Assembly: GCA_000388065.2 (NCBI GenBank)
Contig: KB932201.1
Origin: Fonticula alba ATCC 38817
Lineage: Eukaryota; Protista; Nucleariida
Length of the DNA stretch: 64,000 nucleotides
Strand: one strand, 5' to 3'
The notes under the pieces were generated by a model. That model was not told where the DNA came from and made no database searches. It saw nothing but the letters and a program-made list of their open reading frames with translations. The first letter of the stretch is position 1. Every line of letters begins with the position of its first letter. A program made the translations under genes and the position numbers. Shown in pieces: positions 47,978 through 60,691 of the stretch.

Positions 47978-48521
47978 AAAAGGAGCAGAGGCGGCCGGCC
48001 GCTTCTGCCCGGTGAAAAAAAAAATACAAAAGAGAGACACTAACGCGAGCGACGGTGCTGGCAATCAAACTCGCCAAAAGGGGCGGGGCTGGGGGGGGGA
48101 GAGGGCCCCCCGGTTGTGTCCACCTGGGGGGGGGGGGGGGTGCAGTCGCACCGGAGCTGGGAGACTTCAGCATGAGTGTGATCCGATGGCAGCTGGCGGG
48201 TCGGCATGCGCTCCGTGATCGGGCTTCGCTCGGGCTGGAGTCCACTTTTGCGCGAGGTCCACATCTCCCCCCCCCCCTCCCGCGGCTCGCATTGAGAGGG
48301 GGGTCAGAATATCCACCTCCTTCACCAGTCCCGCACACGCCTCTGCCACTCTCGTAGCCTCCTCCCCCTCCCCACTCCCGCCTCGCCCCCCTTTCGTTAC
48401 CTCTCTCCCTCTCTGTCCTCGCCTCGATCTTTGCTCTCCCTTTCCCTCTTGTCCTGCCCACCGAGCACCGAAGTCGCCGGACATTCGGGCTTGCCGTGTC
48501 CTCTTCATTCGGCATCGACCA

Positions 48522-49036
48522 ATGAGGCCCGCTGTCAAGGCAAGCACGCTGCTGATCTTCACGCTCGGATTCCTGTCGGGCTATTTCTTTCCCTCCATCT
48601 CCTCCTGGGTCTCGGAGCTTTCGCTGGCGTCGATCTCCTGGCGCCAAACGGTGCATGCCCCCTTGCCCCACACAGCCCCGGTCTTTTGCCTGCGCCTGCC
48701 GATGCTGACTCGCGTTCGTAGCTGCCGACCTTTGCCTCGCTCGCTGGACTGTGCCTGGTGTTTGCCCTGTTAATTGTGGTGCCGCTCGTGCGCTTGGTCG
48801 AGAAAGAGCGTGACTTCTCCAACGCGCGACTGCAACAAGCCGGCGTGCGCCAGCCCTCGGGCTCCCCCTCCTGCTGCTCACTTCCCGCGGCTCGCAAGCA
48901 TGCCACCCAGCGGTGTCTAACACCTTCCCGGGGGTGGGGCCATCCGGCGCCGATGTCCCTTTGGCACCTGGTTCAGTACCCCTGTCACGTTTCGGATCCA
49001 CTTCCGGTGTCACGCTTGCCGGGCCTTTTAATTTGA
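48522..49036 (+). CDS. Small predicted two-TM membrane protein, function unknown
   Basis: ATG exon MRPAVKASTLLIFTLGFLSGYFF.. joins in phase 0 through a GT-AG intron (48651-48721, branch-like CTGAC) to LPTFASLAGLCLVFALLIVVPLVRL. The 3' end is uncertain. Confidence 0.5.
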
Positions 49037-49051
49037 CCGCCCCTCTGGAAC

Positions 49052-50757
49052 ATGGCCACGCACGATCCTCGGCCGAGCGCCGGCGACTCGGGGCCAGCCA
49101 TCATTTTCTGGCCCACCGACCTCAGGCTCCAGGACTGGTATGTATGCGTGCAAGCTGCCTGAGATGGCGTTGCCGGGCTTTCCCCGGCCAGAATGTTGAC
49201 TGACACTGGTCTTCTCCCGGTGGGGCAGCTCCCCGGGCTTGCTTCTTGGCTGGCGTCAGGCCGGGGCCACTTGCATCAGTGCAGTGCTGCCACTGGAGGG
49301 TCGGACGCCGAGCGAGGCCGAGCAGGCAGCCACTGGGGCCCTGCATGGCTGGCCGTCCCCCTGGAAGTTGGTAGCACCCATAGTTTTGCCGGGGCCGGTG
49401 TGCACGCCGGACAGCTATGAGCCCGCCATTGTGGGTGTCTGGCTTGGGGACAGTCAGGCCGGTCCCGAGCCGTTTTCCGGTGAGTTCTACCTCCTGTCGA
49501 TCGACTCATCGCCGCTTGCCTTGTTGGGGGGCCTTGCTGACGCACCTTCCTGCCCCCCTCCCCCCCCTGCTCCTCCATCTATCTAGCCCGATCCATGGCA
49601 GCCGAGTTCCCGTTGGCGCTCGGCCGGGCGACGGGTGTGCCTCCCACGTCTGATGCCGGACTACCGATTGTCATCAGCGGCATGCGGACGGCCGGGTCTC
49701 GCTCGCATGTAATCGCCTATTCGGCCCATCAGCTGCATGGTCGAATGCCCTTCATCCGCGCATGCTTGCACGAGGCCTTTGTCTCTGGTTCGACGGAGGC
49801 GCCGGAGGGCGAAGCAGCCGGCCCCCGGGCGGCCCTTGCCACTCACCTGACCGACAAGGTGTTTGAGCCCCGGCCGCCTCGGGACCCGGCTTCTGGGGCT
49901 CTGTCACCGATGTTGCCGCTTCTGGCTCTCAGCCTTTCCCTGCATCAGTACATTGCCCGGGGATCAGCGGCACAGGCCACTGCCGGGGAGGAATCCTCCC
50001 CCGGAGCTGTCGAGCGCCTGGTCTTCCAGCTGTTGCTCCTCTGGCACACCGCGTGCGAGGTACATGTGCAGTCAGCATTCTCGAACGCCTCATTCTCGTG
50101 CTGACAGCGCTGGTGGCCCTTCTCTCTGGGCCTCTGCCCTGGCATACAGTACCTTCTTCGGTTTCTATCGATGGGTCCCTCTCCGCCACTGCTCTTTCCG
50201 CGGTCGCCCTCGTATGTTCATTATCGGCCCCAGGAGGATGGCATCCACACTTGGACCGAGCCCAAGCATCCCATCCGGACGGCGGCTGCACCGTCGGGCG
50301 CAGCTCGCCCGGCATCTGGCGATCGAAGCCCGGATGACGTACACGTGCGTTCCCGGCCCTCTCCCCCGCCCCCCTGTGCTTTGCTTTGGCGACATGTGCC
50401 ACAGTGCTGACGCCCACTCAGGCTGGTGGCCCGGCTTCCGGGGCCTGGCCGTCTCCCAACAACTGGCGCGTGCCGTTGACACCGAGGTCACTGCTGACCA
50501 GTGCGCGCCTTGTGTCTCTCTGGCTGGAGCGCTCGATGTCTTGGACGGAGCAGCTTCTGTCCGACATGTCTTGCGCACGACGTCTCCTGGCCGAGCGTGG
50601 CCCCGGACAAGCTCGCATCCTCTCGATTGGTCAAGTTTTGGCCTCCTCCATGTCGATTTGGTATGTCCCCGGGTGACAATGCCACCTCTGGCTGACCATT
50701 CCCCTTGCGCTCGATATGATGCGCGCGCGCGCATACAAACACCCACACCCACACACA

Positions 50758-50811
<54 letters not shown>

Positions 50812-52437
50812 CACCCTCCGGGCGGGCAAGAGCTGACTCAGCTACATTTCCATGCCCAGCCTCATGGACGCTCTCTTGGCCTTCACGCTGGACATTGTCT
50901 TTGGTTGGCTGGCTGGCCGGTGGCTTCTAGCTCACTCTGATGCGGTGGTCCACCATCTGTACAGCTTCTTCGTGGTATGTGCCCTTCTGTGAGGTGTCTT
51001 TGCGCCCGGTCCCCGGCGGCATGCCTGACTCTCCGCTTCCCAGGAATATGGCGATCGCCGCATCGAATCGGCCATCCTCTGGCTGATGTCGGCTCGTCCC
51101 GGAGGCATTAAGGTTGATCCGTATATCTCCCATGCCATCGGGCAAATTTGTCTGGCTATTTTGGGCCTCTGGCGGCGTGCGCCTGTCCTCTTTCCCCCGC
51201 TCCCTCTCTCCCCCCCCCCCCTCCTCCCCCTCCCCTCCGCCTGTCCCACTTGTGCCGGACTCCCTGAGCACCTCTCTGACGCTTTGACCCTGGGATTGCT
51301 CGTGGATTCGCCCATCTGGTCAGCCGTCCAAATGTCCCTTCTCTCTCGGCTTCCTCAGCTCCTGGCTGGTGTTGGGGCCTTCCCCCTGCCATTGTCCCTT
51401 TTGGTGTCCTTGAGTGCGGACTTTGTGTCGCTCCTACTCACGGCGCACATCGGCCTGGTGTTTGCGGCCTTTCGCACGGCGCACGCGGCCATTTTGACCC
51501 TGGCTCCGGGGATCCTGCGCCTGGCACTGGGGCTGCCGTACTGGAATTCCCGCCGCCAGCAGTATGATCAGCTGTCTCCAGGCCCGGGACTGTCGACCTG
51601 GCTGGTGGCAATGGCCCTGTCGGCCGGGATTGTGGCCATCGGCCCGGTGGTGGCGGCCTACTACCTGGGCGCCTCCCTGGCGGCCGGGCTATTGATCCTG
51701 ATTCCGGTGCTGGTGCAGCTGGTGGTCCACTCACTATTGAGTGGCGGCACATCGACCGGTGGCTTGCGCTTTGCCAGTGGCCTGCAGCACCTTCTCGGTG
51801 GGGGCCATTGCTTTGGTGCGTTTGGTGAGGGCCGGGGCCGGGGGGGGGGGGGGGGGGGGGCCTCGTCTGTGAGCGTCCCGTGGCCACCTATGTCTAACTC
51901 CTGTTCTCGGACCCAGGCACGGTTTCTGTCGTGCCGCTGAATGGCAGCACCGGCAATTGCCGGTATTCCGGGCTGACCCTCGCCCGGCGGGGCCTGGTCG
52001 CGGGGCTCCTTTCCCATGGGTCGCCTTTCAGCCAGCGGCCGGACGCCTACCGAACATTGGTCGCACGAGAGCTGCGCCTGGTGATGGCTCTGGATGCCGG
52101 GGCGACTGCCTCCGGGGGCCCGGTGGTGGACGCAGACGGCGAGGCCGGTGCTGCTCGGCATCCGGCCCCGGGGTTTTGGGAGGCGCTCGGCAGTGTGGCG
52201 CGCAATTTGGCCCTCGGCCGTCGGACATTCATGGTCGGCCATGATCGCCTCAGCCACATCCGCCTGCGGCTATTTTCCATCCGCCAGGGGCGCCCGGTGA
52301 CGGTGACCGGGGCCCACCCTGGCAGCGAGCCGGCCTTTTCGCCGGCCAACAGCCCGGCGGCCTACCGCGCGCAAATTCGCCGGGACCTGGCGATGGCCGC
52401 CGCGCCTGTGCCCGTCACCGCCCGAAACATTCAATAG
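49052..52437 (+). CDS. PIGQ: GPI-GlcNAc transferase subunit PIG-Q/Gpi1
   Basis: N-terminal IIFWPTDL / GLLLGW..CISAV. Gpi1 core: LWLMSARPGGIKVDPYISHAIG, LSLLVSLSADFVSLLLTAH, LRLALGLPYWNSRRQQYD, VGPVVAAYYL-like segment; compare WLMxxPAGLKxN, SDLLSLLTxH, RLFRGKKWNVLRxRxD, LPTxxxYYL. Confidence 0.82.
50742..50812. repeat. Intronic (CA)n microsatellite
   Basis: Directly visible. Confidence 0.93.
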
Positions 52438-53525
52438 ACGCCCCTGCATGCGCGCCCTATCTCCTGGCTGAATGCGCGCCGCTGTGTGGGTGCGGCCATA
52501 TATGTGGGCGCCCCCGTGCGAGGGCCGATAATCCCCCGGGACTTCGGGCTGGCGGGCCTTCGCGGGGTCTGATCGACTGCCAACGATTGGGCGCTGCGGC
52601 GATTTAGGTAAGATGTTGGGTTATTCTTTTTCACCTGTCCGGGGCCCCCTGGGGCAAGAGGGCTGCGCGGGGGGGGGGGGGGCCGGGCGGGAACGGGAGC
52701 TGGGACGGGCCGCTGCCAGGGCGTGGCGAGCGCGCCGGGAGCGCGGGACACGATTGTCGCGGCGGCCCACGGGACCGTTGCGACTCCCCGAGACGGGCGG
52801 AGACCTGAATGTCGAACATGACAACGCTCCCCCTCCCGGCGCCCAAGCCGGCAGAAGACGGGGCCAGATCCGGTCTCGATGCGACGGCGGCCCACGCGAG
52901 CCTCGGGGGGGGGGCGGGGGCGGGGGCGGGGGGCACCCCGCGCGATCGGGAAAACTGCCTGGCCCGGCGGCGGCAGGGCGGGGGGACACACGCAGCCCGG
53001 CTGGCGGCGCTGGGCCCCGGCCCCCCAGAAGGGGGGCGTGTTTAACCCCGCACAGCGAGCCGGCCGAGTTGTGTGGAGCGAAAATGTTGGCTGATTGGCT
53101 TTTCCGCCGGTCGATTGGGGCTGGACTGGGCCTGGCAGCCCCGCCTGCCTCCGGTGAGGGCCGCGCCCTCTGTGCCGTGACTAACCTGGCCATAGTCGTC
53201 CACGCGCCCCTTCCCCCGGCGAGGCGCCCGCCGGCGAGTCTGAGATCTGCTCGGTCTGATCAGCCACCATGCTGCATGCTCATGGACATCCGACTAGGGC
53301 CATCCATTGCCTCGTCGCCCTTCCTCCCGTTGCCCCCCAGCGCGTTGATTGCCCTGTCGTGTATGCACATTCGGCGCATCCGCACCCGATACAGCCTTTT
53401 GCCCTTCCCCCATTCGCCGGCCGCCGTCTTCTCCTCCGATCCGGCCACCAGGGTCCCCTGACGCGGCTGCCCGCCGGCCGTTTCTCTCGCCCTCCCCCTT
53501 CTCCCTCTCCGTTGCTGGGAAAACC

Positions 53526-56500
53526 ATGAGTATCAACCTCCACGGTGCTGTCATCAGCCCGGGCACGGAGCATGCGCACCTCCAGCAGCAGCGGACCCCC
53601 TCCCCACCGGTGGATGGGTCCCCCTCGAGTGACAGCCTTTCACAGGGGTCGGCGTCTGGGTCGGATGCTCCGCGCCTGTCGACCTCCCTCCCGCCGGGCG
53701 CCCAGCTGACTGGGTCTGCCTCGACGTCCTCGGGCCAGCCGCCGGCGCAGTATGCCCATGCCGGGACGCCGCGGACCGCCGGCTTCCAAGTCAGCGAGGA
53801 GCCTCCATCCCAAGGGCCCGGGGGCGAATCTGTTGAGTACTTCTGTGAGAAGCTCCTCGCAGCAGGGTCAACCTCCAGCCTGTCGACTGATCCGTATGTT
53901 GCGGGCGAGGGGGCCGATGGGACGCATGAGATCTACCTTCCCTACCAGGTACACGGCCATGTGCCCCGGCCCGTCCCGAGCGCACACACGCACGCACGCA
54001 CGCACGCACGCACACACACGCACACACACATTTATACCTGTGAACTTTCACGCACACTTCTGCTGACGTTGCTGGCTCATGGCCTCTACCTTTCTCTCGT
54101 CCACTTGATTTCCCGGCCCTCCGATTGCCTCCTTTCCCGCCCTCGCCCCCCCCCCCTCCCCCCCCCTTATTGACTCCCTCTCCGCCTGTGACAATTCCGG
54201 CACCGTCTCCAGCACGAGGATGTTTCCCTGCTGGGCTTGGACCTTGGCGGGTCGTTGTCCAAGGTGGTGTATTTCAGCCGGCGCCGGAATCCCAATCAAC
54301 AGCCCGCCGTCGCCCCGGCGCTGCTGCCGGGAGGCGACTACCTGCCGGCCGGAGGGCGCTTGCATTTTGAGCGCTTCGCCACGCATGACATCCACCGCTT
54401 GGTGCAGTTCCTCCGGCCATTTGTGGCGGCCTGTCGCCGGGCTGCCGGACTTCCCCCCACCAGGGATCCCTCCTCCCAGGGCGACGGAGACATCATTGAG
54501 CTCCGGGCCACCGGCGGCGGGGCCCACAAGTTTAGCCAGCTTTTCTTGGCCGAACTCGGGGTCCGGCTTGTTGCCTGTGATGAGATGCTGGCCCTCATTC
54601 GGGGATTGAACTTCCTCCTCCGCGAGGTGCCGTGCGAGGTGTTTTCCCTGCGCGAGCGGGAGGCCGGCGCCGCGGCCGCCTCCGGGGCCGTGGAGGACCT
54701 GGGCTCGGACAGCGAGGAAGAGGACAACATCGACGCCCCGCCGCAAGTGCGCTACCACCCGGCTCGCGAACATCCGGCCACCATGTACCCCTATCTGCTG
54801 GTGAACATTGGCTCGGGCGTGTCATTGCTGCTGGTCACCGGTCCCGACTCCTTCCAGCGTGTGGGCGGCACCAGTCTTGGTGGTGGCACCCTCTGGGGGC
54901 TGCTCAGCCTGCTGACCGACTGTGTGGATTTCGATTCGATGCTCTCCCTGAGCATGCGCGGGGACAACCGGTATGCCTGCTTCTCTCGTCCTGCCCTTCG
55001 GGTGGATTTCCCTTGGCCTCCCTGTGGTCATCCTGCTGCCATCGTCCTGGGCCATGGGCTCTCTCACACACTTGGCTGACCTGCTGCGTCCTGTGCGGCC
55101 CCCGTCCCCCCTGCACCTCCCCCGCACCTCCCCTCTGCTTCGGCGGGCCTTGTCCTCCTTTGTCCGGGATAGCAATGTGGACATGCTTGTCGGGGATATC
55201 TATGGTGCGGATTACACGGCCGTCGGGCTGAAAGCCACAACCATCGCCTCGTCCTTTGGCAAGGTCTGGCAGCCAGACTCGCCGGGAGCCCCGGCCAGCT
55301 GCACCCACTCCGGGTCGGCTGCCCATGCTGGCCCTGGGGGCACATTCGGCGAGGATGCCGGCCATGAGGCGGGGGACGCCTCGGCGGTGGGTCCCTGCTC
55401 GCATGCGTGCGCTCGGCGCCGGCGCTTTTCGCCGGCGGATCTGGCCAAGTCGGCCCTGCTGATGGTGGCCAACAACATCGGCCAGATTGCCTACCTGACC
55501 GCACAGGCGCACAACATCAACACCATCTACTTCGGGGGGTCCTTCCTGCGTGGACATGCGGCCACTTTGCGCTCGATCTCCAGTGCCGTGGCCTATTGGT
55601 CTGGCGGGCAGGTGGGAGCGCGTTTCCTCCGGCACGATGGGTATCTGGGCGCCCTGGGGGCCTTTTTGGAGGCGGCGACCGCGGCCGACGCGGTCGAGGC
55701 CCAGGCCTTGGCGCTGGGGGGCTTGCACCAGGGCAGCTCCGGCGGAGTGTCCGGCTTCCAGGAGAACTTTTCCCCGCGCTCTGGCGGGGGCCCGGCCGTG
55801 GCGCCGGCCGCCCCGCCGACGGCCATCCGCCTGCCCCATCGCCTGCCGGCGCTCGGTGTCTTGGAGCGTGCGGCCCAGCCGCTGGTGTCCTTCCCGCTGC
55901 TGCGCAAGCGGTCTTCCTATCGGGCGGCGACGCTGGATTTGGCCGCCATCACCCCTGCGGCGGATATCCTCCGGCGGCACTGGCTGGCGGTGTTCCGGCG
56001 TCTGGTGGAGCGCGTCTCGCGCCAGACCCTGCAGGCACTGACCAACAGCCGGCTGGCAGCGGCCAATGGCGCCGGGCTGACGGCGACCCAGCAGCGCTTG
56101 GCTTCGCAATTGCCTCGGCTGCCGGTCATGGACTTGGCCTTGGTGCAAGGGCGCTGCGATGCCTTTGAGCGGTCTTTCACGTATCTTCTGGACCGGCTGG
56201 AAGCGCAGCCGGCCGCCTACGGCTGGCTAAGCATCGCAAGCTTGCTCAATCTCCAGGAGCAGGTGGGTTCGGTCTTGGCCAGTGCAGGCCCTCTTTTCTT
56301 GTTTGTCCCCAGCTCTGTGCCTGACCATTCCGGCCGACTAATCACATCTGCATGCCGGAATTGTCCCTCGCTCTTGGCTGCTTGCTCGCCGTTCGGCTGT
56401 GATCCGTGTTTGCATGGCGCAGTGTCTGCATGAGTTTGCCGCGGCCGACCCGCTGATCAATCTGAAGCTCCATCGCAATTTGCGCGCCCTGTCGCTTTTG

Positions 56501-58132
56501 CCCCAGCACATTGACCCGAAGGGCGGGCCGCCGACCCCGGCGGCCGAGTGTGCCGAATGGCTGGCCGCCGGATTGGCTGCCGCCAGCAATGTCCCGGGCA
56601 TCGGCGAAACCGAGGCCCTGGGTTTGGTCCGTGCTCACCAGCCGGCCCTGCTGGCTTGGTATGGGTGGCTGGCCTCCGGGCTGTGCCGGTTGCTTGTTTC
56701 GGATCGGGCATCCGGCTCGGTGGAACTGTCGGCCATCTATGACTTGGCCGACGATTGGACCAGCGAAACGGCCGGCGACGCCTTTTCCGCCAGCGTCCAG
56801 CGCCTTCGGGAGCAGCTGATGTTCTGCGGCACCGATGCGGAAGACCCTCCGGCGAGTGCCGATGAGCAAGTGTCTGCCCCTTTGCGATTGGCGTCGCTGG
56901 CTGGCCGGTCGCTGTTGCTCGGTCTGTCTACCGGTCGCTGGAAGCGCGTGATCATCTGCGTCAATAATGCCGGAGCATGTGCGGTCCTTGGAGCCTTGCC
57001 CTTCGCACGCCTACTCCTGTCCTATGATGGGCCGGTGCTTGGGGCGACGTCCGCCTCCGGGGCTTCGACTGATGTCCCAGCCCCGGTGGTGTACCTGGCC
57101 GCCAACTCGTATCCCGCGTCCGACGACATCACCTGCCATGAGCTTCAATCTCTGTTGCAGCTGGCCACCGAGGATGATCCCGATCGCCCGGTCGACCCGG
57201 TTCTCCGGGGGGCATTCCACTCGGAGTACGTTGTCGCGCATGATTTGGTTCTTTTTTCTTTCTCCGGCTGGTGTTTCCGTTCCATGGCGCCCAGGTTCCA
57301 GCCCTCGGGGTGGAGGGGCTGGGGATCTCCCGTGCTTTGCCGCCGCTGCCGCTGCCGTGGCCGCTGCCGTTGCCGTTTCTGCCGCTGTCTATACGACTGC
57401 CTCTCACATACCTCACCCTCTGTGTCCTCCTCTATGTCCTCCCCCCCCCCCCTCCCACCTCGCTATTTACTTCGGAAAAAAAAACACAGGCGCCTTCAGG
57501 TCATCCCAACCGGCACCGGCGGGACCTGCCTCAGTCTGGCTCGGGTCTCAAGTCTCCTCAGTGAAATCGCCACGCCGGGATTCGTGCCGGAGTCTGGGTC
57601 CACCACTCCGCGGGGCCCCCCCACGCCCCGGGCACCGGCGGCCGTCAGCTCAACAGCGAATGCCACGGCGGCATCCACGCGCGCTGACTCCCAGCCTGAC
57701 GTCGGCCCGATGCCGCCAGCCCCGCCGATCACCCTGACCGGGCCATCGCTGGCCTCGGCCACCCCACCACGGGAGACCTCGGACACGCTTCTCATCTTGC
57801 TCGGTGCTGGCCGGGCTTTGCACACCAATCTCCTGGCTAGCTTCAATTGCGATGTGCTAAAGGTGGCCGTGGTGAAGGACGCCTCGATTGCGGTGTCCTG
57901 CAGTCTGTACGCCGATGCGTGGTTCCGCTCGAATGGCGGGCCAGTCGGTGCGTCTTCGGCCACAACCGGGCCGGCTGTCGGCAATGGCGGCGAGCAGCCC
58001 GGCAACTGGGCCTTCCAAGTGGGCGATCCGTTTGTGGCCTTCGAGGACTTCGGCCTGATCGACCGCCTGGAGCCGAATCTCCAGCACCGGGCGACGCTGG
58101 TGAATCAGGCTGCTGCCAATGAAATCATGTAG
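53526..58132 (+). CDS. PANK4: Type II pantothenate kinase fused to a C-terminal DUF89/ARMT1-like domain (PANK4/plant PANK2 architecture)
   Basis: Kinase: LDLGGSLSKVVY, ATGGGAHKF, DEM, YPYLLVNIGSGVS, RVGGTSLGGGT, VDMLVGDIYG, ASSFGK, NNIGQIA, FLRHDGYLGALGAF. C-domain: LGALPFARLLL, AANSYPASDDIT, TGTGGTCLSLARV, GRALHTN, LKVAVVKD. Confidence 0.92.
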
Positions 58133-58612
58133 ACCAAGCGTTGGCACATATCCAATACAATAGCTCGTAACGTTGTCAGCAGCGCTTCCCCGCCAACCGC
58201 GGGTCCGCATGCGTGCGTACTGCCTTTTCCGGCCGAGGGGCGGCGTCCGGGCAGGGGCCGGCGATGGTTGTCTTTGCCAGACACACACACACACACACAC
58301 ACACACACTCAGCTCTTGTTCCCGGGGGGAGGGGGCGCGGGGTGGCGGAGGCCTTGCCAGCAGCCCGGGCGTTGAAAAGGCGCCCACCGTCAGAGGGGGC
58401 CCCTCGGCGAGGACGAGTCACTTCTCCCGCCCCTCCCTCCCCCCCCTCCTCCTCCACTCGCAAACATCCGCCGTCGCGCCTCTCCCCTCGACCTCTCGCT
58501 TTTCTCCTAGTCACCCCGGCCTGCCTTTCCTCCACCGCGCTTCCGTCTCTCTCTCTCTCCTCCCCTTCCTCTCTCTCCGCCCATCTCGGCCTTTCGCCCC
58601 TTTTTCTTGGCC

Positions 58613-59997
58613 ATGTCGCTTGCACACACGACGTCGCAGGAGCTTGAGATCCATCTGGACGCTCTGCCTTATGCCGAGGGTGATGCCCTGCAGCCGCGTA
58701 CGCCCAACTTGCTTCTCTCCTTGCCGCCCACGCCCATCCGCGCCAATGCCCTCCCCTCCATACACACACATATACATGCGTCTGGGCTCACTCTAACACC
58801 AAGAGTCCGTGCCGCCAATCAGAGGAGCGCGCTGCCGTTCGGCGTCAGATTGAGGCAGCCATGCGTCACAACCCCCCCCGGTCGGACTACCTTGCGCCGC
58901 TGGGCCTTTCGGAAGAGGGTGATTTCTTCAAGGTTCGCCCCTCGCCCTTCTGATCGCATGCCGGTCAGTCTGTGTGCTAACGAGCAGTGTTGCCTTTCTG
59001 CATGTGCTCTCTCTCTCTCTCTCTCGGGCCGACCTCTCCTGCCCCGCTCTCCCCCCCCCCCCTCAGGACCACCCGGCCTTGCAAGCCGAGATGGAACGCA
59101 TTCGCCGTGGTCTCCCGATGGAGCATGGCCTGGATCGGACCCGCTTGCAGTTGCCACAGCCCGGGTCGGGTGCGGCGGTGATTGCCGACCCCGCGGCCGA
59201 GCCCGGCACTGAGGCCGATGCTCAGAAGGAGCGCACCGACCCGGCCTGCTGGGAGCGTGCCGTCCGGAATGCCGAGGCCCAGCTCTCGCATCAGCACATC
59301 CGGTGTGTACTCGCCATAAGCCAGCCAGCCTGGTTGGGCTTTCGCCTTTCGTCGCCGTGGCTCTGCTTTCTTTTTGCCCGTCAACTGACACCCGGCCCCT
59401 CCTCCACCGACTCACCGCTCTTCTCTCTCCCTCTCTCTCCCTCCCTCCCTCCCTCTGCTTGTGTGGGTGTGGGTGTGTGCTGAAAGTATCTCCAACCTTG
59501 AGCTTCTTCAGAAGTTTGGCGCCGACGCCTGGCCCGCGCACTTGTTCAATATGCAGGCCCTGCTGGATCGACGCAATGCGGAGCTTTCTCGGTCGCGTTC
59601 CAGCATCGCGTCCACCAATCGCGCGCGTCGCTTCCTCCACATCACCTCAGCAACTCGAATCAACCGGGCTGCCCGGCGGTGGGAAGACTTGGTGGAATCG
59701 GCACATGGTGCGACTGCCGCCGCGCGAGAGCTCGAGCCGCAGGTGATCCGCATGCGTCAGGAGCTGGCCGAGCTCCAGGAGAAGCTTGCCCACTATGAAG
59801 CCACCTCGCAGGAGGCTGAGGCTCGGCGCCAGGCGATTATCCGCCAGATGGAGGAGTCGCTGGTTGGCACTGTCAAGAGCGGCGTAGCCGAGCCGGAGCC
59901 CGCCACTGCGGTCGATCGCCCGTCGACCGGTGACGCCGATGTCGGTGCCAAGGCCGACGTCGAGGTGAATGACACCAACGACACGGACGAGGAGTGA
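58613..59997 (+). CDS. BCAS2: Pre-mRNA splicing factor SPF27/BCAS2 (NineTeen complex)
   Basis: HLDALPYAE, LQAEMERI..LDRTRLQLPQP, WERAVRNAEAQLSHQHIR, NLELLQKFGADAW, NRARR..WEDLV. Confidence 0.92.
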
Positions 59998-60276
59998 TGG
60001 GCATGTGGCGCGGCGTGATATATGGCCCCCATATGAAAAGAGGCCCTCGTCGAACTGGCCAGAGAGCCCCCCACTGCGCTCTGCCAGCCAATCCCAGTGG
60101 CTGGCGCGCGCAGTTGTCCCCTCTTTTGAGTCCCAAGGGAGAAAAACCATCAAAACCCGAAATACAACATACCAACAACACCGAAGTTGCCTCGTTTCCC
60201 GAATGCAGATTGTGTACATACGCCGGCGCGCTGCCATTGTTCCGGCTAAGGACAAAGGATGCAAAGCGGAGGAGCA

Positions 60277-60277
<1 letters not shown>

Positions 60278-60329
<52 letters not shown>
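60278..60329. repeat. (CA)n microsatellite
   Basis: Directly visible. Confidence 0.95.
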
Positions 60330-60332
<3 letters not shown>

Positions 60333-60691
60333 CCAAATCAACAGGCACACTGTTTCAGACGAGCTGGTACTATTTATATCTGGAGAAAAAAGGGGGAGTA
60401 CAGAGAGGGGAAGGGAGGAAGGGTGGCAAGACGACACACAGGCGAGCATGACACCTCTCCCCCGGCCAAAGGAAGGGGGGATGGGCCAGGGGAAGAGAGG
60501 CGGGCATGAAAAGCCAGTAGGTCACACATCCGCTCCAGGGAGGTGAAGAGGGGATCGGAGGGAGGGGGCGCGCCACCGCGAACGGCCACAGACTCTCAGG
60601 ATGTCAAGACACGTGTGTACGTGCCCGCGCACAAAGGCGCGGTGGGGGGAAGGAAGGGGCAGGAGAGCAGGCAAGAGGAAGGCCTTGGGCT

